A stretch of DNA of 63,569 nucleotides, filler included, from Hyphochytrium catenoides (GCA_900088475.1; 8 parts of 8 records of this genome joined end to end with filler, not necessarily neighbours in it); one strand, 5' to 3'. Positions 1-12,789 are shown, counted from the whole stretch's first letter. Program-made: numbers and translations. The notes: generated from the sequence alone by a model not told the origin.

Positions 1-49
1 AGGCAGGCGAAGGGACAGACAGCACCATGGGAAGAAGTCCCAGCCGCGG

Positions 50-106
50 GGAGAGGAGAGAGACAAAGACACAGAGAGAGAGAGAAGTGAGAGAAGAGAG
101 AGTAAG

Positions 107-137
<31 letters not shown>

Positions 138-250
138 AGAGGGAGAGAGAAAGAGAGAGAGGGAGAGAGAGAGAAAGAGAGGGAGAAAGAGAGAGAGAAA
201 AGAGAGAGAAAGAGAGAGAGAAAGAAAGAAAGAGAGAGAAAGAGAGAGAA
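50..250. repeat. (AG)n/(AGAA)n-type low-complexity microsatellite
   Basis: Near-continuous gagagaga/agaaagag tract; explains the R/E-rich ORF 27..263. Confidence 0.9.
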
Positions 251-846
251 GAGGCGACTATAGAGAGACGAAGAAGACAGTGAGCGCAAGAGACGCAGAA
301 TCAACCTCTGAGGGAGCGGAAGAAGAGCGTGTAGATGAAAGGAGAGAAAACGAGAGGAGAAGCTGTCGCCTCTCGTCTTTGGTTCTTCCCTTCTCTCTCT
401 CCCTTCGCTCTTTTTCCTCTGCACTCTCCGCAGCCTACTTGCATAGTAAAAGAAAGAAGTGGACAAAGAGCAGGATTCGGAAGGAAGAAGAGAAACTTGG
501 TGAAAGGACGATGCCGAGCGCGGTCGTCTCGTTATCTTTCTCTCTTGCCTGCCAATGTTTGGGGACCTCAGCTGTCTCTCTCTCGTCTCTTCCTTTCAGT
601 TCGCAAACCTTTTAAGGGTCGAAGAGTGAGCCTGGTCAGCTATCTCCTTCCACTTCATAGGGGTCTGAGTCCAGAGATAGGAAGAGAGAAGAAGAAAGGA
701 GAGACAGAAAGGAAGGGCCATCGAACTCCTTCTGTCTCTTTCTCTCTTTCGTTGGTTCAACCTGAGGTAGCACGTCTGGGTGAAGGTCGAGCACAGGAGA
801 ATCCTCATACAATTCGAGAGGGACTAACAGAGGACCGGGAGAAAGG

Positions 847-3800
847 ATGAAGAGGAAAGCTTTCAAGCTGTCCGTCTCTCGTGGGCTCTCTTTCTCTCTC
901 TTCAGTCTTTGGCTCTGCCCGATAGGGGAAGCCCAGACTGCTCCTTCCCCTTCTCCCGTCGGTAAGCTCTTCAGCAGCTACCAAGTCCATTCACTGCTTT
1001 GCTTGTTATCATTGGTTTTCATGATTTCGATTCCAGCTTTCTTTGGTGTCCTATTCTCTCTCTCTCTCACTCTCTCTCACAGACTGCTTCTGCTTCTGCC
1101 TCTTATTCTCTCTCCCCTCTCTCTGTCTCTCTTTTCCTTTATCCTCTTTATCTCTCTTTCTCTCTTCTCTCTTCCCCTCTCGTTTCTCTTACTTCTATTT
1201 CCCGTCTCCATCAATCCTGCTCTCTTCCTCTCTTTTGTCCTTAAACCTATAGGAGGCGGTTAATATCTCTCTCTCTCTCTCTCATTTTCCACTCCTTTCC
1301 AGATCTGTCCAGCTCCTCAGCGGATAGTTTGCCAACGACAACTCCTACTCTTTCTCCGTCCCTCTCTCCCTCGTTCTCTCCCTCTTCTTACCCTGTTTGC
1401 CCTGCTGCTACGTCCATCTCTCCTCTCTTCATCGAGCTGACAGCAGGACAAGCGACCTGGAACGCAAAGAGAGGAGAGAGCCTCAGCTACTGGGGACCGT
1501 TCTACGCTGTGTCTCCCGAGAATGCTTCCCGCCCAACGTTCAACTCTCTCTCTCCCTCTCTCACCCCTGCCAAGCTCTCTTCTCTCTCTTACAGCCTCGA
1601 CATGCCACTGACAACCGCCTTTCTCTCTTTTGACGAGAGAAATGGCCAGACTCTCTGCTCATGGGAAAGCAACGGACTCCGTTTACCCGAAGTACAGGTA
1701 GGAGGAACCTGCATGGAGGAAGAGAGAATTTCTGTCTATTCTCTCTCTCTCCTGGCGCGGTTCCGCTCCCCTCCAGGTCGATATGCAGCGCCTCTTTTTG
1801 AGCTGGCGACCCAGTCAGGGAACTCATCGCTTAGATTAGAGAGAGCACCGTCTACTGGGAGGCTGGTGGTGACCGTCTTGGCCAAGGGGATGGTGCAGAG
1901 TTTCTCTCTCTCAGGAGAGAATGATCGCCCTCTCCCTGTTCGCAAGTGGACTCTCTTCTCTCTCTCTTTCTTCTCCACGCAGCTGTTAGAAGTGAGAATG
2001 GATGGAGCTTTGTACGGCTTCCTCTTCCTTGGTGACCTCTTCCCTTGGCCTTGGGAAGGCTTTGCCCGTATCTGTATAGCAACTGGTGTCTCCCCTCTCT
2101 CTTACTCTCTCTCTCTCTCCACTCTCTCTCCCCCAAGTCTTCAAACCTTCTCCTTTGCCAGCCTGGACGTAGCTGCCTTGACATTAGACAGCGGGCGACA
2201 GGACGCCGTGGAAAGCCGCCGAAGTCAGTCCTTTCTTCTTCGAAGAGCTGCCGAGGCGGTGTCTCTCCTTAATTTGCACGCCCTGGCCGGTCCGTCTCTA
2301 GAAGCAGGCCCATTCTGCTCTCTTAGTAAGAAGATAGGAGGATCCTCTCTCTCTCTCTGGCAGTCCGCATCTTCTCTCTCTCTCTGGAAAAGAGGAGGGA
2401 AGAGATGTCAGAGGTACATGGCTCTCAAAGCAGGAAACATGATGGAGATGCTAGGGCTGCAGGCGAGAGAAGAGATGACAGTGGTCGGGGTTTTGAATCT
2501 CTGTGCGCTCTCTTCTCTCTCTTCCAAGAACATCCGCTCTTTCTCTCTTTTCTCTCTTGGAGAGCTACCTAGCTTTGGGATAACCTATAACACGTCCTCT
2601 TCCTCTCTCACTATTCTTCGCTTTACTTCAGGAGAGACGAGAGTGCAGCACGTGGAGGAGCAGGCAGCAGGAGAAACTTCCTCTTTCTCTCCTTTCACTC
2701 TTCTCTCTTCTTTCCCTGTTCCCAGCAGCCTTACTCTCTTAGTGGTCGCTCTCCGCTGCAGCTCCAGCCGCCGCCTGTGTGAAATGCACCTTCACTCTCC
2801 GTGGAGCAGTTCCTATCCTTTGCGTTCCCTCTTTCTCTCTTCTGAGAAGGTGTATGCAGAGGTGTCTCTCTCTCTTCCAGAAGAGAGACTCTGGCAGCGG
2901 GTAGAGGCATTCCATAGATTCATAGGGAAAGACGAGCTGGCTCAGTTGATGCACAGCACCAGACAGCTCACAGAGGGCACTTCTTCCTCCTTCTGTCCCT
3001 CTCCCTCTCCCCCTTCTTTTCTCTCTCCTACTCCGTTCGCCAATAGCTCTGTCTCTCCTACTCCGTCCGCCAACTACTCTGTATCTCCTACTCCGTCCGC
3101 CAATTCCTCTGTCTCTCCTACTCCGTCCGCCAACTACTCTGTCTCTCCTACTCCGTCCGCCAATTACTCTGTCTCTCCTACTCTGTCAGCCAACTACTCT
3201 GTATCTCCTACTCCGTCCGCCAATTACTCTGTCTCTCCTACTCCGTTCGCCAATTCCTCTGTCTCTCCTACTCCGTTCGCCAACTACTCTGTCTCTCCTA
3301 CTCCGTCCGCCAACTACTCTGTCTCTCCTACTCCGTCCGCCAACTACTCTGTCTCTCCTACTCCGTTCGCCAATTACTCTGTCTCTCCTACTCCGTCCGC
3401 CAACTACTCTGTATCTCCTACTCCGTTCGCCAATTCCTCTGTCTCTCCTACTCCGTCCGCCAACTACTCTGTATCTCCTACTCCGTCCGCCAACTACTCT
3501 GTATCTCCTACTCCGTTCGCCAACTACTCTGTCTCTCCTACTCCGTTCGCCAATTCCTCTGTCTCTCCTACTCCGTCCGCCAACTACTCTGTCTCTCCTA
3601 CTCCGTCCGCCAACTACTCTGGCTCTCCTACTCCGTCCGCCAATAACTCAGTCTCTCCTACGCCGTTTGCCAACTACTCTGTCTCTCCTACGCCGTTTGC
3701 CAACTACTCTGTCTCTCCTACTCCTGCTCCCAGTCCCTCTCCTACTCCGGCTCCCAGTCTCTCTCCTACGCCTGCGCCCAGTCCCTCTCCTACGCCTGCT

Positions 3801-6068
3801 CCCTCTCTCTCTCCCACTCCTGCTCCCAGTCTCTCTCCCACTCCTGCTCCCACTCCCTCACCTACTCCTACCATGCAGCCAGCTTCCCCTCCACCCAGCA
3901 TCATGATAAGTGCTGGGGCGGAAGTGTCTCTCTTTTACGGCGCCCTAAAAATGGGGATGGCCGACGGAAATGCGAGCCAGAGTCTCTTCAGGCTCCCACA
4001 AAGCTTAGTGATCGATGACACCGGAGCGTATAGCGCTCTCTACATCTCTGACGTCGGGAACAAGCGGCTTAGAAGAGTGTTCCTCGACTCTGTCTCCACG
4101 ATGGTCAGTGTGTCGACCATCAACGCCTCTTTCTTCAGCTTCAATTGGACGTTGGCGCTGTATAACCAGACAATCTTCATAGCAGACAGAGAGAGACATC
4201 GCATTGGCACCTTCTCTCTCTCGGATGGGAGACTCTCTCTCTTGGCAGGCAACGGAGAGCCAGGCTATACGGACAGCAACTCCACCAGCAACTTGGCGAG
4301 GTTCGCCTTTCCTAGTGGGATCGCTGTTGACCCCGTAGAGGGCCGACTCTTCATCTCTGACTTTGGCAATAACCGCATAAGAACCGTCTACACTAGCACT
4401 GGAGCTGTTGCCACGCTGGCAGGAAGCAGCGCTGGCGTAGAACAAAACCAGACGATGGAGATAAGTGCGGATGCTGTGCGCTTCAATGGGCCGAGAGGAC
4501 TGGCTTATGTCAGCCAGACGCGCCATCTTTTCATTGCTGACACCGAGAACGGCAGGATATGCATTCTGGAGCTCAACACCCGGATTGTGCGCACATTGCA
4601 GTTCAGCTTCACTCTCCCTTGGGACGTGGCCGTTGTCCCTCTCTCTCTTCTCTCCAATATCTCTTCCTCTCTCTCTTCCCCTCCTTCGGTCTCTGTCTAC
4701 ATTGTTGACTCTGGCGCCCAGTGCATCCGAGGCCTCAACATAACTCTCTCCTCGCCGCTCTCTAACTTCTCAAACGTGATAGACATTGCAGGCAACTGCT
4801 CTCTCAGTGCGCCAGGATATGTAGATCACTCTGTCAGTAGCTTCCTAAGGTTCTCTGGACCTTCATCCTTAGCGTTTGACAAGAACAGCGCGTCTCTGTG
4901 GGTGGCAGACAGAGGAAATCATCGCATTAGAAAGATTAGCAAGCTTCTCTCTGCTGTACAAGGAGAGACACCTATCGGACGGCCTTTCTTCCAAGCGGCC
5001 CTCCTCGGAGCTATGGGAGGCCTGGCGTTCAATCCATTGTCTTCTCAGACATCGGGAGGAAGGCTCTTCATCTCGGAGTCCCATCGGATTCTCTCTCTTT
5101 CCTCTCTGTCTCCAGCAGCGCAGGCGCCTACCATTGTCGCGGGCGGAAATATGTCCGGATTCTTAGATGCAGCGAGCAACTCTCTCTTCAGCTTCCCTGC
5201 CGGGATTTCTTTTGCAGATCAACTGCTCTTCGTCGCGGATATGGGCAATCAGAGGATCAGACAGATCTCATTCGACTCGTTTGGCAATGTCTCCTTTGTC
5301 TCAACGCTGGCTGGGACAGGCATCATTGGCTCCCAAGACTCGACTCTCCTTCAAGTAGGCGGACCCGTCACGTTCAACCAGCCCGAGGCCATAGAAGTTG
5401 CTAGAACGAACGGGACAAGTGGTGATCGCGTGCTCTACGTGGCTGACACGGGCAACCATAAGATCCGCGGCATTTACATGGAGATAACAGGGACCGTGGT
5501 AAGGACCATAGCGGGACAGAATGTCTCTCTCTCTGTCGTTGTTGAGCAAGACTCTCCCGCACTGCCGCTACAGCTCGCTTCTCCGCGCGGTCTAGCCTTT
5601 GACGCCGTTGTCAACGTCCTTTATGTCGCCGATACTATGAACAACCGCATAAGAAAGATCACTCTATCTAGCAGCGGTCCACACGCCATCGCTACTCTTG
5701 CAGGGAATGGCTCCGCCACGGCGGGAGGGTATCGCGATGGCAACGCCTCCATCGCGCTCTTTCGATTTCCCCGAGCTTTGGCCCTTCATCGTGGGACAAA
5801 CAGTCTCTTCGTGGCTGACAGCAGCAATCAGAGGATCAGGAGAGTTAACTTAGTCACGGGCTTCGTCACGACATTCGCGGGAGGAGGCGCACCTGGTGTC
5901 TATCACTCTTCCTCGGGAGCTGAGGCGTGGTTCTCGTTCCCTGTCGCGCTGGCGCTGGATGTGTCGAGCCAGACTCTCTTTGTCGCGGATGTCAACATGA
6001 ATCCTGATCTCAATGGAGAAGGAAGCACCATCAGGAGAGTGACTCTGCCTAACCTGAATGAGACATAA
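847..6068 (+). CDS. Secreted protein: signal peptide, LamG/ConA-like domain(s), Ser/Pro/Thr stalk, NHL-repeat beta-propellers (exons 847-961 and 1303-6068)
   Basis: ATG 847 encodes a hydrophobic leader (LSFSLFSLWLCPIGEAQ). A GT donor at 962 and CAG acceptor at 1302 join it in frame to the 1579-aa ORF. LamG-like motifs: PLPVRKWTLFSLSF..LEVRMDG and RVEAFHRFIGKDELAQL. Repeated NHL motifs: FxxPxG(I/L)A..L(Y/F)(V/I)ADxxNxRIRxI. No C-terminal TM seen. Confidence 0.85.
3021..3710 (+). repeat. Coding 30-bp tandem repeat, 23 units (SPTPSANYSV)
   Basis: Unit GTCTCTCCTACTCCGTCCGCCAACTACTCT in exact 30-nt register, no spacers. Confidence 0.95.
3711..3870 (+). repeat. Coding 24-bp tandem repeat (SPTPAPS[P/L])
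   Basis: About 6 degenerate units directly following the 30-bp array. Confidence 0.85.
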
Positions 6069-6557
6069 AGAGTTGATACGGTGAGGAGAGACAGAGGATG
6101 TCAGTAGAAATAGAAGAGAGAAAGAAGAAGTAGGGAGAGAGAGAAAGAGAGACACCCAAAGAACGCTCCCCAAATAAGAGTTGAACAATTTAGCTGGAGA
6201 GGAAAAGGATCGACTCTCATGAGGAGAAGAGACGTCTGACAGCTAGAAAGTCTCTCTCTTCCTCGCACTATTAAAAGAACAGGAAAGAAAGGAAAGATCT
6301 ATTTCGCTCTTGCTGCCACAGTCCAATCGGCGGAGGCAGTGACTTCTGACTTGCGGCGTCTTGGTCTGGTACGTTAGGAAGATTGACTGTTGATAGGGCA
6401 GAGGAGGACCATAGTCACAGAGAGAGAGTGGAAGCAAAATAGCGAGCCGTAAAGGTCAAAGAGAGACAAGAAGAAGAGAAGAGATTCGAGGCAGAGGAGA
6501 GAACACTAAGGGAGAAAGAGCGAGAGTGGAAACGAGAAGAGAGAGAGAAAGAGAGTG

Positions 6558-6660
6558 AACTAGAAGAGTGAAAGAGTTTACGAAAAGAGAGGAGTGGAAA
6601 GAGAAGAGAGAGAAAAAGAGAGTATAACTAGAAGAGTGAAAGAGTTTACGAAAAGAGAGG
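6558..6660. repeat. 35-bp direct duplication
   Basis: AACTAGAAGAGTGAAAGAGTTTACGAAAAGAGAGG at 6558-6592 and 6626-6660. Confidence 0.85.
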
Positions 6661-7079
6661 CAGACCAGGACAGAAACGAAAAACAGCAAGAGAGACTGCG
6701 GAACAAGGACAAAACCGCAGAAAGAGAGAACAGTAACCTGGGTTTAGAAGAGAAGAGAAGCTAAAACGAAGCGTGGTTGCCACGTCTAAGGGGAGAGGGA
6801 GAGAGNNNNNNNNNNCGTCGCACGCGAAGGAAAGCTAATCATTTACATATAGTATAGAGTGAGAGTGACAGCCGGATGGATGAGAGAGGAGAGGACGCAC
6901 AAACTATCCTTTCTCTCTCTCTCTGTAGAAGCCCCCAAGAATTTGAAAGAGAGTGATTGTGGAAGCGCTGTGACAGTGCTCCAAGTAGAGAGACACTTGT
7001 GTGGTGCTGCCCTGGCGGCTCTCTCTTTTTCTCTCTCTCTCTCTCTTCTGTCCTCTCATAGTCTGTCGTCTCTTTAGGT

Positions 7080-10000
7080 TCAAGCTGTCAACTGACAGCC
7101 AACCTCGACTGCCACTTGCGAGAAGTGGGGAGCGGCAGACTGAAGAATGTTCTTGTCCTTCTGCTCATAACTGGAATAAAAGAGAGAAGAGAGGGACGAG
7201 AAATAGGTAGAGAGAGAGACAGGGAAGACGAACTTCATTAGATCAGTAGCCTCTTCCCAGGTCAGGAAAAGAGACAGTCTGCACACACCGAGCGAGCGAG
7301 AGAGAGAGAGACAAATGTATTGAGGGAGAGACTAATAAACTACGGATAGCAAAAAGCAAAGAGACGGCAGAAAGAAGAGAGAGAGAGAGAAAAAGAGAAA
7401 GGAAAGGGAGAGTAAATGGGCAAGGAGAGACTCACAGTTCAACGAGCGCAAGGAACTGTACAGAAGCGGGCTTGTTAGTGTCCACAACAGGGACAGGAAG
7501 AGACGTCCGCGGCACCAGAGCCCGAGCTGGTGCGACTGGCTGGGCGGCGCTGCTCGCGGGAGAGGGAGAGGCCGCTGCTGCCTTGGACGCTGCTGCACTA
7601 GCCACAGATGCAGCCATTTTAGCCCTAGCAGCGGCTGCTGCAGCAGCTGGAGCACAAGAGAGAACGAAAGAGAGAGAGAGAAAGAGTGAGAAGGTAGTTT
7701 TGGTGGGCGAGAAAAATAAAGATTAGTGAGGACACTTGGCCAGGACATGGAAGGCACAGCTATGACGAGGGCGGGCAACTGAAGAGTTGTTTGCGGGACG
7801 AGGAGAGAGAGCGCAAGCAAGGGAGAAGAAGTATCATAGCAGAGAAACCACGAAGAAAACTAAAGCGGAACAATACACACAGAGACACAGAGAAAGAAAG
7901 AGTAGAAAGACAAAGACAGAGGAAAAGACCACGGGCCAGGACCGCTACGATTTAGACTCTCTTCGTCCTTCTAACCTTGTGCCTTGGCCGCCTGGGCCTT
8001 TATTGCTTGATTCTTGGCTGTTTTCGATGCAGCCGCGGCCTTGGCCGCCGCCTTAGCGGCGGCGCTGTTTGCTTTCGTAGAGAGAGTCTTTCCTGTCTTT
8101 GCATTCTTTCCTGTGACACCTGTGCCCGCCGCGGGCTTGGATACAGCCGCCGCTTTTCCTCTCCCTCCCGGAGGAGTCGCTCTTCCAGCACCTGCGAAGA
8201 AGAGAACGGTGACGCGAAAGAGGAAGAAAGTTTAGAAGTAGTTAGGGGGAAGACCAAGTACTTAGAGAGAGAGAGTGAGAGAGAGGCAGGGAAGAAGGCA
8301 GACTTGATGCGGACACGGAAAGGGATTGAACCACCAGAGATCACTTTAGAGAGGAGAGAGTGAAGCGATAGAAAGAACATCCTAAGGGCTTAAATAATGT
8401 CAGCAGAGAGAGGGAGACACTCCTCTCACCTTTTTGAGAGGCTACGGCTTGTCCTCTTCCAGTCCCAGCACCCGCTGCCTGGGCCTGAGCTGTCGGAAGT
8501 GTGGACGGCCGGACCCCAGGAGTGGCCTTGGTCATCGGACCTGTAGCCGAAATTTTAGCCGTCGTTGGCGGCGCTTTGGCAGCCGCGAGAGGTCCTTTCG
8601 GCGCCGCACTTGGAGCTTTCTTTGCCGCTGCCGCTGCTGCTGCCGCCGCTGCCTGTGCTTGAGCCTGTGCTTGTGCTTGGGCCTTGGCCTGCTGTTGTCG
8701 CTGCTGCTCCTGCTTCTGTCTGAGGAGCTGCTGCTGCTGCATCTGTAGCAGATTCTGGTGTTGGAGGTTCGCTTGCTGTGAATGGGAAGTAGAGTAGGAG
8801 ACACCAAGAGGGGAAGGGGATGAGAGCGGGAGAGGGGGAGAGAGAGAGAGAGACAGAGAGAGTACTTTAGGAGACATCACATCTATATATAGATGTGGAA
8901 GACAGAGGCTGCGGCAGGCAGCCCGACACCACACGGAGGGAGAGGCACTATGCACGGGTTTGGAACAGAGAGAACGAGACCCATCTGCCTAGGACCGTTC
9001 ATCTCGACAAATTAAAAAGGAAGAGAGAGAGGGGGCTTCCCCAACAAAAAGTGCCCCAAACGAGGGAACGGCGCGATATGAAGTGAAAAAATAATGTAGC
9101 GTGTCACTCACCGCGGCAACGGCGTTCTGCATCGCTTGTTGTTGCTGTTGCTGTTGCTGGAGCTGCTGCTGTTGTTGCTGCTGCTGCTTCTGTTGTAGGA
9201 GCTGCTGCTGCTGCTGCTGTTGCTTCTGTTTGATCTTAGCAACCAAAGGGATGAAGTTCTTGTTAATAAACTGCTCCAGACGGTCCAGCTCCTGAGGGTT
9301 TCCTGCGGGATGCTTGGTCTTGTCTTCCCCCAGCTTCTTAATCTAGTTATACCGGGAACGCGAGAGAGAAAAGAGAGAGGGAAATGCGAGAGATGGTCAA
9401 AGGGCGATGGCGGAGTTCGGTCAAGAAGAGGGAGCATGGGAAGTGGGGAAGGCAGAGAGAGTCAATGTCAGAAGCGCTAAAACAATTGAAGAGATATCTT
9501 GACAGCAAGGGAGAGGCCAGAAGATGCCACTGACACTCAAACGGCAAAAAGACGCTGATGGAGCAAGGGTCGAACAGCACATAAGGAGAAGGGTGAAGGA
9601 GAGACTGAGAGTGAGCAGGCAAGCAGGCGACCGCGAAAAAGTGTGGAGGAGAAACAAATGCCGCCCAAAGCCAGAGAAGAAAGAGATAGGATACGAGAGA
9701 GAGAGAGAGAGCAGTAGGCAAGGCTTAATGGAGCGTTGTTCTGTCGGAGAGAGACCCACCGTTTTCGTGAGATGAGCGTGCAGGCTCTTCAGCTGATCCT
9801 GCTGCGGGCTTGTCTGCAAGATACGGCTGAGTTCTTTGTACAGAAAGGCTAGATCTTTGCCGTAGGTTGTCTTCAGAAGTGTCAGCTGCGCAGCAAGAGA
9901 AAGTGAGGGAAAGAGTGTATGAGTAATAGAGTGAGCGTCTGGAGGACTAGCCCATTTTGAGTACAAAGCAAAGTCAAGACATGCTGGAGGGTGTCTTGGG

Positions 10001-11762
10001 AAGACATAACGAGCGAGAGGACAAGCCAGAGAGATCAAGATCCACTGCACGCAGCAGAGGGACTATATTGAGAGAGAGTGAGACGAAGAGGGAGAGAGCT
10101 AAACAAGGAAGGAGAGAGAGAGAGAGAGAGAGAGAATCACCCTGCGAGAGGGATCGCCCCTAAGAGATCTCTTAAAGTCAAGAACTCTGTAATCCCCTTT
10201 CAGGCCGGATGACACACCTTCGTCCAATACTGCTGCACGTCCTGCGGAGTGAAGGCAGCCTGTGTCTGTAATTCTCTTCCTTGCATTCTCTGCGCATGTT
10301 GAGCTGCATGCGCCTCAGACAGACTTTTGGAAGGGATTTGCCCTAATTGAGACGTTTGCTGTGCCGCCTGCTGGGCTACTTGAGCAGCTTGTGCTGCCTG
10401 GGCCGCTTGTGCGTGGGCCTTGGCCTGAGCCGAAGCGGCTGCATGTTGTTGGCTCTGCTGGAGCTTCCGCTGCTGAATGGCAAGAATGAGGTCGTTCTGC
10501 CTTTTCTGCAGTGCAGGACGAAGCTGCGCCTGAGGGACACCATTAGCCACTAACTTGGCCTGATACTGCTGCAGCTGTTGTCTGATGAAGTTCTTCTCTT
10601 GTTCTGTTAGTGAGCTAGCGGCAGTGGCAGCGGCTGAGGGTGCGGTCCCAGCCGCTCCGGCTGCTTGTTGGTGCCCTGAGGCCGCCGCTGCTGCCTGCAT
10701 ATGCTGCAGATTCCTAGCCTGAAGCTGCTGCGCTGCTGTGGGCTGAGGAGCTGCCGCGTTGCTTGGTAGCTGAGCGGTTCGCCCTTGTTGTTGGTACGCT
10801 TGTTGGAGCTGTTGTTGGGTTAGATAAGCGTTATTTTGTGCAGTATTTTGTGCGCTCAATTGTGCGGTCTGTTGAGCCTGTTGAGGCATTGTAAGGACCT
10901 GCTTGGCCGCTTGTTGCGCTTCTTTCTGCGCCAGCGCTTGGATTTTGCTTGTGATGGCGCGGTCATAGTCGCTCTTGAGAGAGAAGAGAAGAAGGGGAGA
11001 GAGAGAGAAAGAGAGAGATGATAAGAGAGAGAAAGAAAGAGGGATGATATTAGTTTGCAATGTGAGAGACAGGCGACTGAGAGGCAAGAGTCTGGGAGAC
11101 AAGGTACTAAGGGCGAAGGTGCCACACTCGAGAGAAGAGAGCAACGTGTGCACAGAAGCAAAAAGAGTAGCCAACGGGACAGAAAGAGAAGGAGAGAGGG
11201 AAAGAGAAGAGTAGTGATGTTAAGAGAGAGAAAAGATTCTCTGGAACATCAAACGTCTGAACTAGGAAACATTGGCACTGTCTCTTTGTCAAAAGAAAGC
11301 AGGGACAGAAGAAAAGAAACATTGAATAGAAGAGAGACCCAAGCGCCCCGGAAACTTAAGAGAAAGAGAGAGAACCTTGGTCGCTGAATTGGTGAAGAGA
11401 GAGTGCTCGAACTGTGAGGCAGACTTCCAGATGCTTGTCTTGTCGGCATTTGCAGGGTAAAGGCGGACTAGATGCTCATAGCTGACGACGCGGAAGAGAG
11501 AGAGAGAGAGAATGGCAGGTTGAGATGGAAGAGACAAGAGAGCCAAGGTGCTATTTATCTAGAAAAACGGTCTGGGGAAGAGAGAGGCAGAGCAGAGACA
11601 AGCAGAGAAGATAAGAGAGAGAACAGAGAGAGAGATATAGAGACAGAACAAAAATAGAGCGAGGAAGAGAGAGAGACTGACTGACATCTTCTGTATAATC
11701 TGTTTCCGCACTTCCTGCGTGTAGTTCCGCCTCCAGTCCTCCAGCCCTGCGATAAGATCCAT
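7080..11762 (-). CDS. MED15: Mediator subunit 15-like protein (N-terminal KIX domain, polyQ/Ala tracts); multi-exon, 3' end uncertain
   Basis: Exons 11762-11686, 11481-11376 and 10973-10218 splice to MDLIAGLEDWRRNYTQEVRKQIIQKIYEHL..SASQFEHSLFTNSATKSDYDRAITSKIQAL, which resembles the plant-type MED15 KIX motif (DWR..R..I..KI....FE......DY...I..K). Exons 9885-9760 and 9342-9112 give a helical region (YWTKLTLLKTTYGKDL..LEQFINKNF) like the plant MED15 middle domain. Further exons lie at 8775-8430, 8191-7976, ~7646-7436 and probably ~7280-7080. Confidence 0.72.
9136..9230 (-). repeat. Coding CAG/CAA polyglutamine tract
   Basis: (CTG/TTG)n on the + strand inside a MED15 exon. Confidence 0.9.
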
Positions 11763-12689
11763 CCTGAGGCAAAAGCAGGAGACAGAAACCTTAGAAGGGG
11801 CCAAGCTCACTCCACTTCGCTTCTCTCCCTTCCTTTCTCTGACCTCTCTCTCTCTCTCTCTCTGCTCTTGCTTCTCTCGCCCACATCCCTCTTGCTTCCC
11901 CTCCCCATCCTCTTCCTTCTTCCCCGGCTTTTGAAAGCCACTCAAGACCTAACTCTCTTCAGCCGAAACTTGATGTCTCTCTCTCTCTCTGTTCCTCTCT
12001 TGCGTTGTCTCTGCGCTGGCCTTAGAGTGGTGGGCCTTCGACTCTTCGCCATGTCCATGATCTCACCTTCCTCCTCAGTAAAAAGTCTTCGTATCGAAGA
12101 CCGATACTGTGCACAGTGTGTCTTTGTCTCTCCCTTTCTCTCTCTCTCTCTCTTCCGCTCCTCTAAGTTCCTATCTTCTCCGCTTGAGGGTAAGAAAGAT
12201 AACAAGGTAGACTAGCCCGAAACCTAAGCGGCACGGCCTCGATGCCAGCACGATGCTGACCTTCCAGCACACATGAAAGTGACACAATTGACTCTTTCTC
12301 TCTTCCCTTTCTCCGGCTCTTTCTGTTCTCTCTCTCTCTCTCTCTCTTCCCCTTGTCTCAGCTCAACGTCCTCTCCGCTCGTGTTGCTCTCTGATCTTCT
12401 TCAATGTCACTTTGTCCCCCTTTCTCCAAACTTCATAGATCTCTCTTCTCTCTTCTAGCTGGCCGCCCACTTCCCTCTTTCGCGTTTGCAGAGGGCCAGA
12501 GTCTCTCTCTCTCTCTCTCTCTCTCTCTTTGACTCCCTCTCTCGCCTTCTCTTCTGTGCCTTTTCCCCCGTCTCCTCCAGATGATCCTCTTCTTTGTGCC
12601 AACAGGCCCTTCTGCATGTGGATTCCTGCCACTTCCCCTGTTTTTTCGTAGTCTCTCTCTCCCCCTCCCTCTCTCTCTCCCTCTCTCTC

Positions 12690-12789
12690 NNNNNNNNNNN
12701 NNNNNNNNNNNNNNNNNNNNNNNNNNNNNNNNNTTAATTAATTAANNNNNNNNNNNNNNNNNNNNNNNNNNNNNNNNNNNNNNNNNNNN
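12690..12789. other. Artificial contig linker
   Basis: N44-TTAATTAATTAA-N44, giving stops in all six frames. Confidence 0.97.

Noticed and set aside
3021-3710. 30-bp periodic array as a CRISPR
   Set aside because: No unique spacers, in-frame coding, no cas genes, eukaryotic context.
9101-9295. Poly-cysteine ORF
   Set aside because: Antisense shadow of the MED15 polyQ exon.
11868-12300. Possible divergent gene start upstream of MED15
   Set aside because: No consistent splice model or recognisable motif.
12734-12745. TTAATTAATTAA palindrome recurring seven times
   Set aside because: Always centred in N44 flanks: an assembly linker, not a biological motif. Gene neighbourhoods across linkers were therefore not interpreted as a system.
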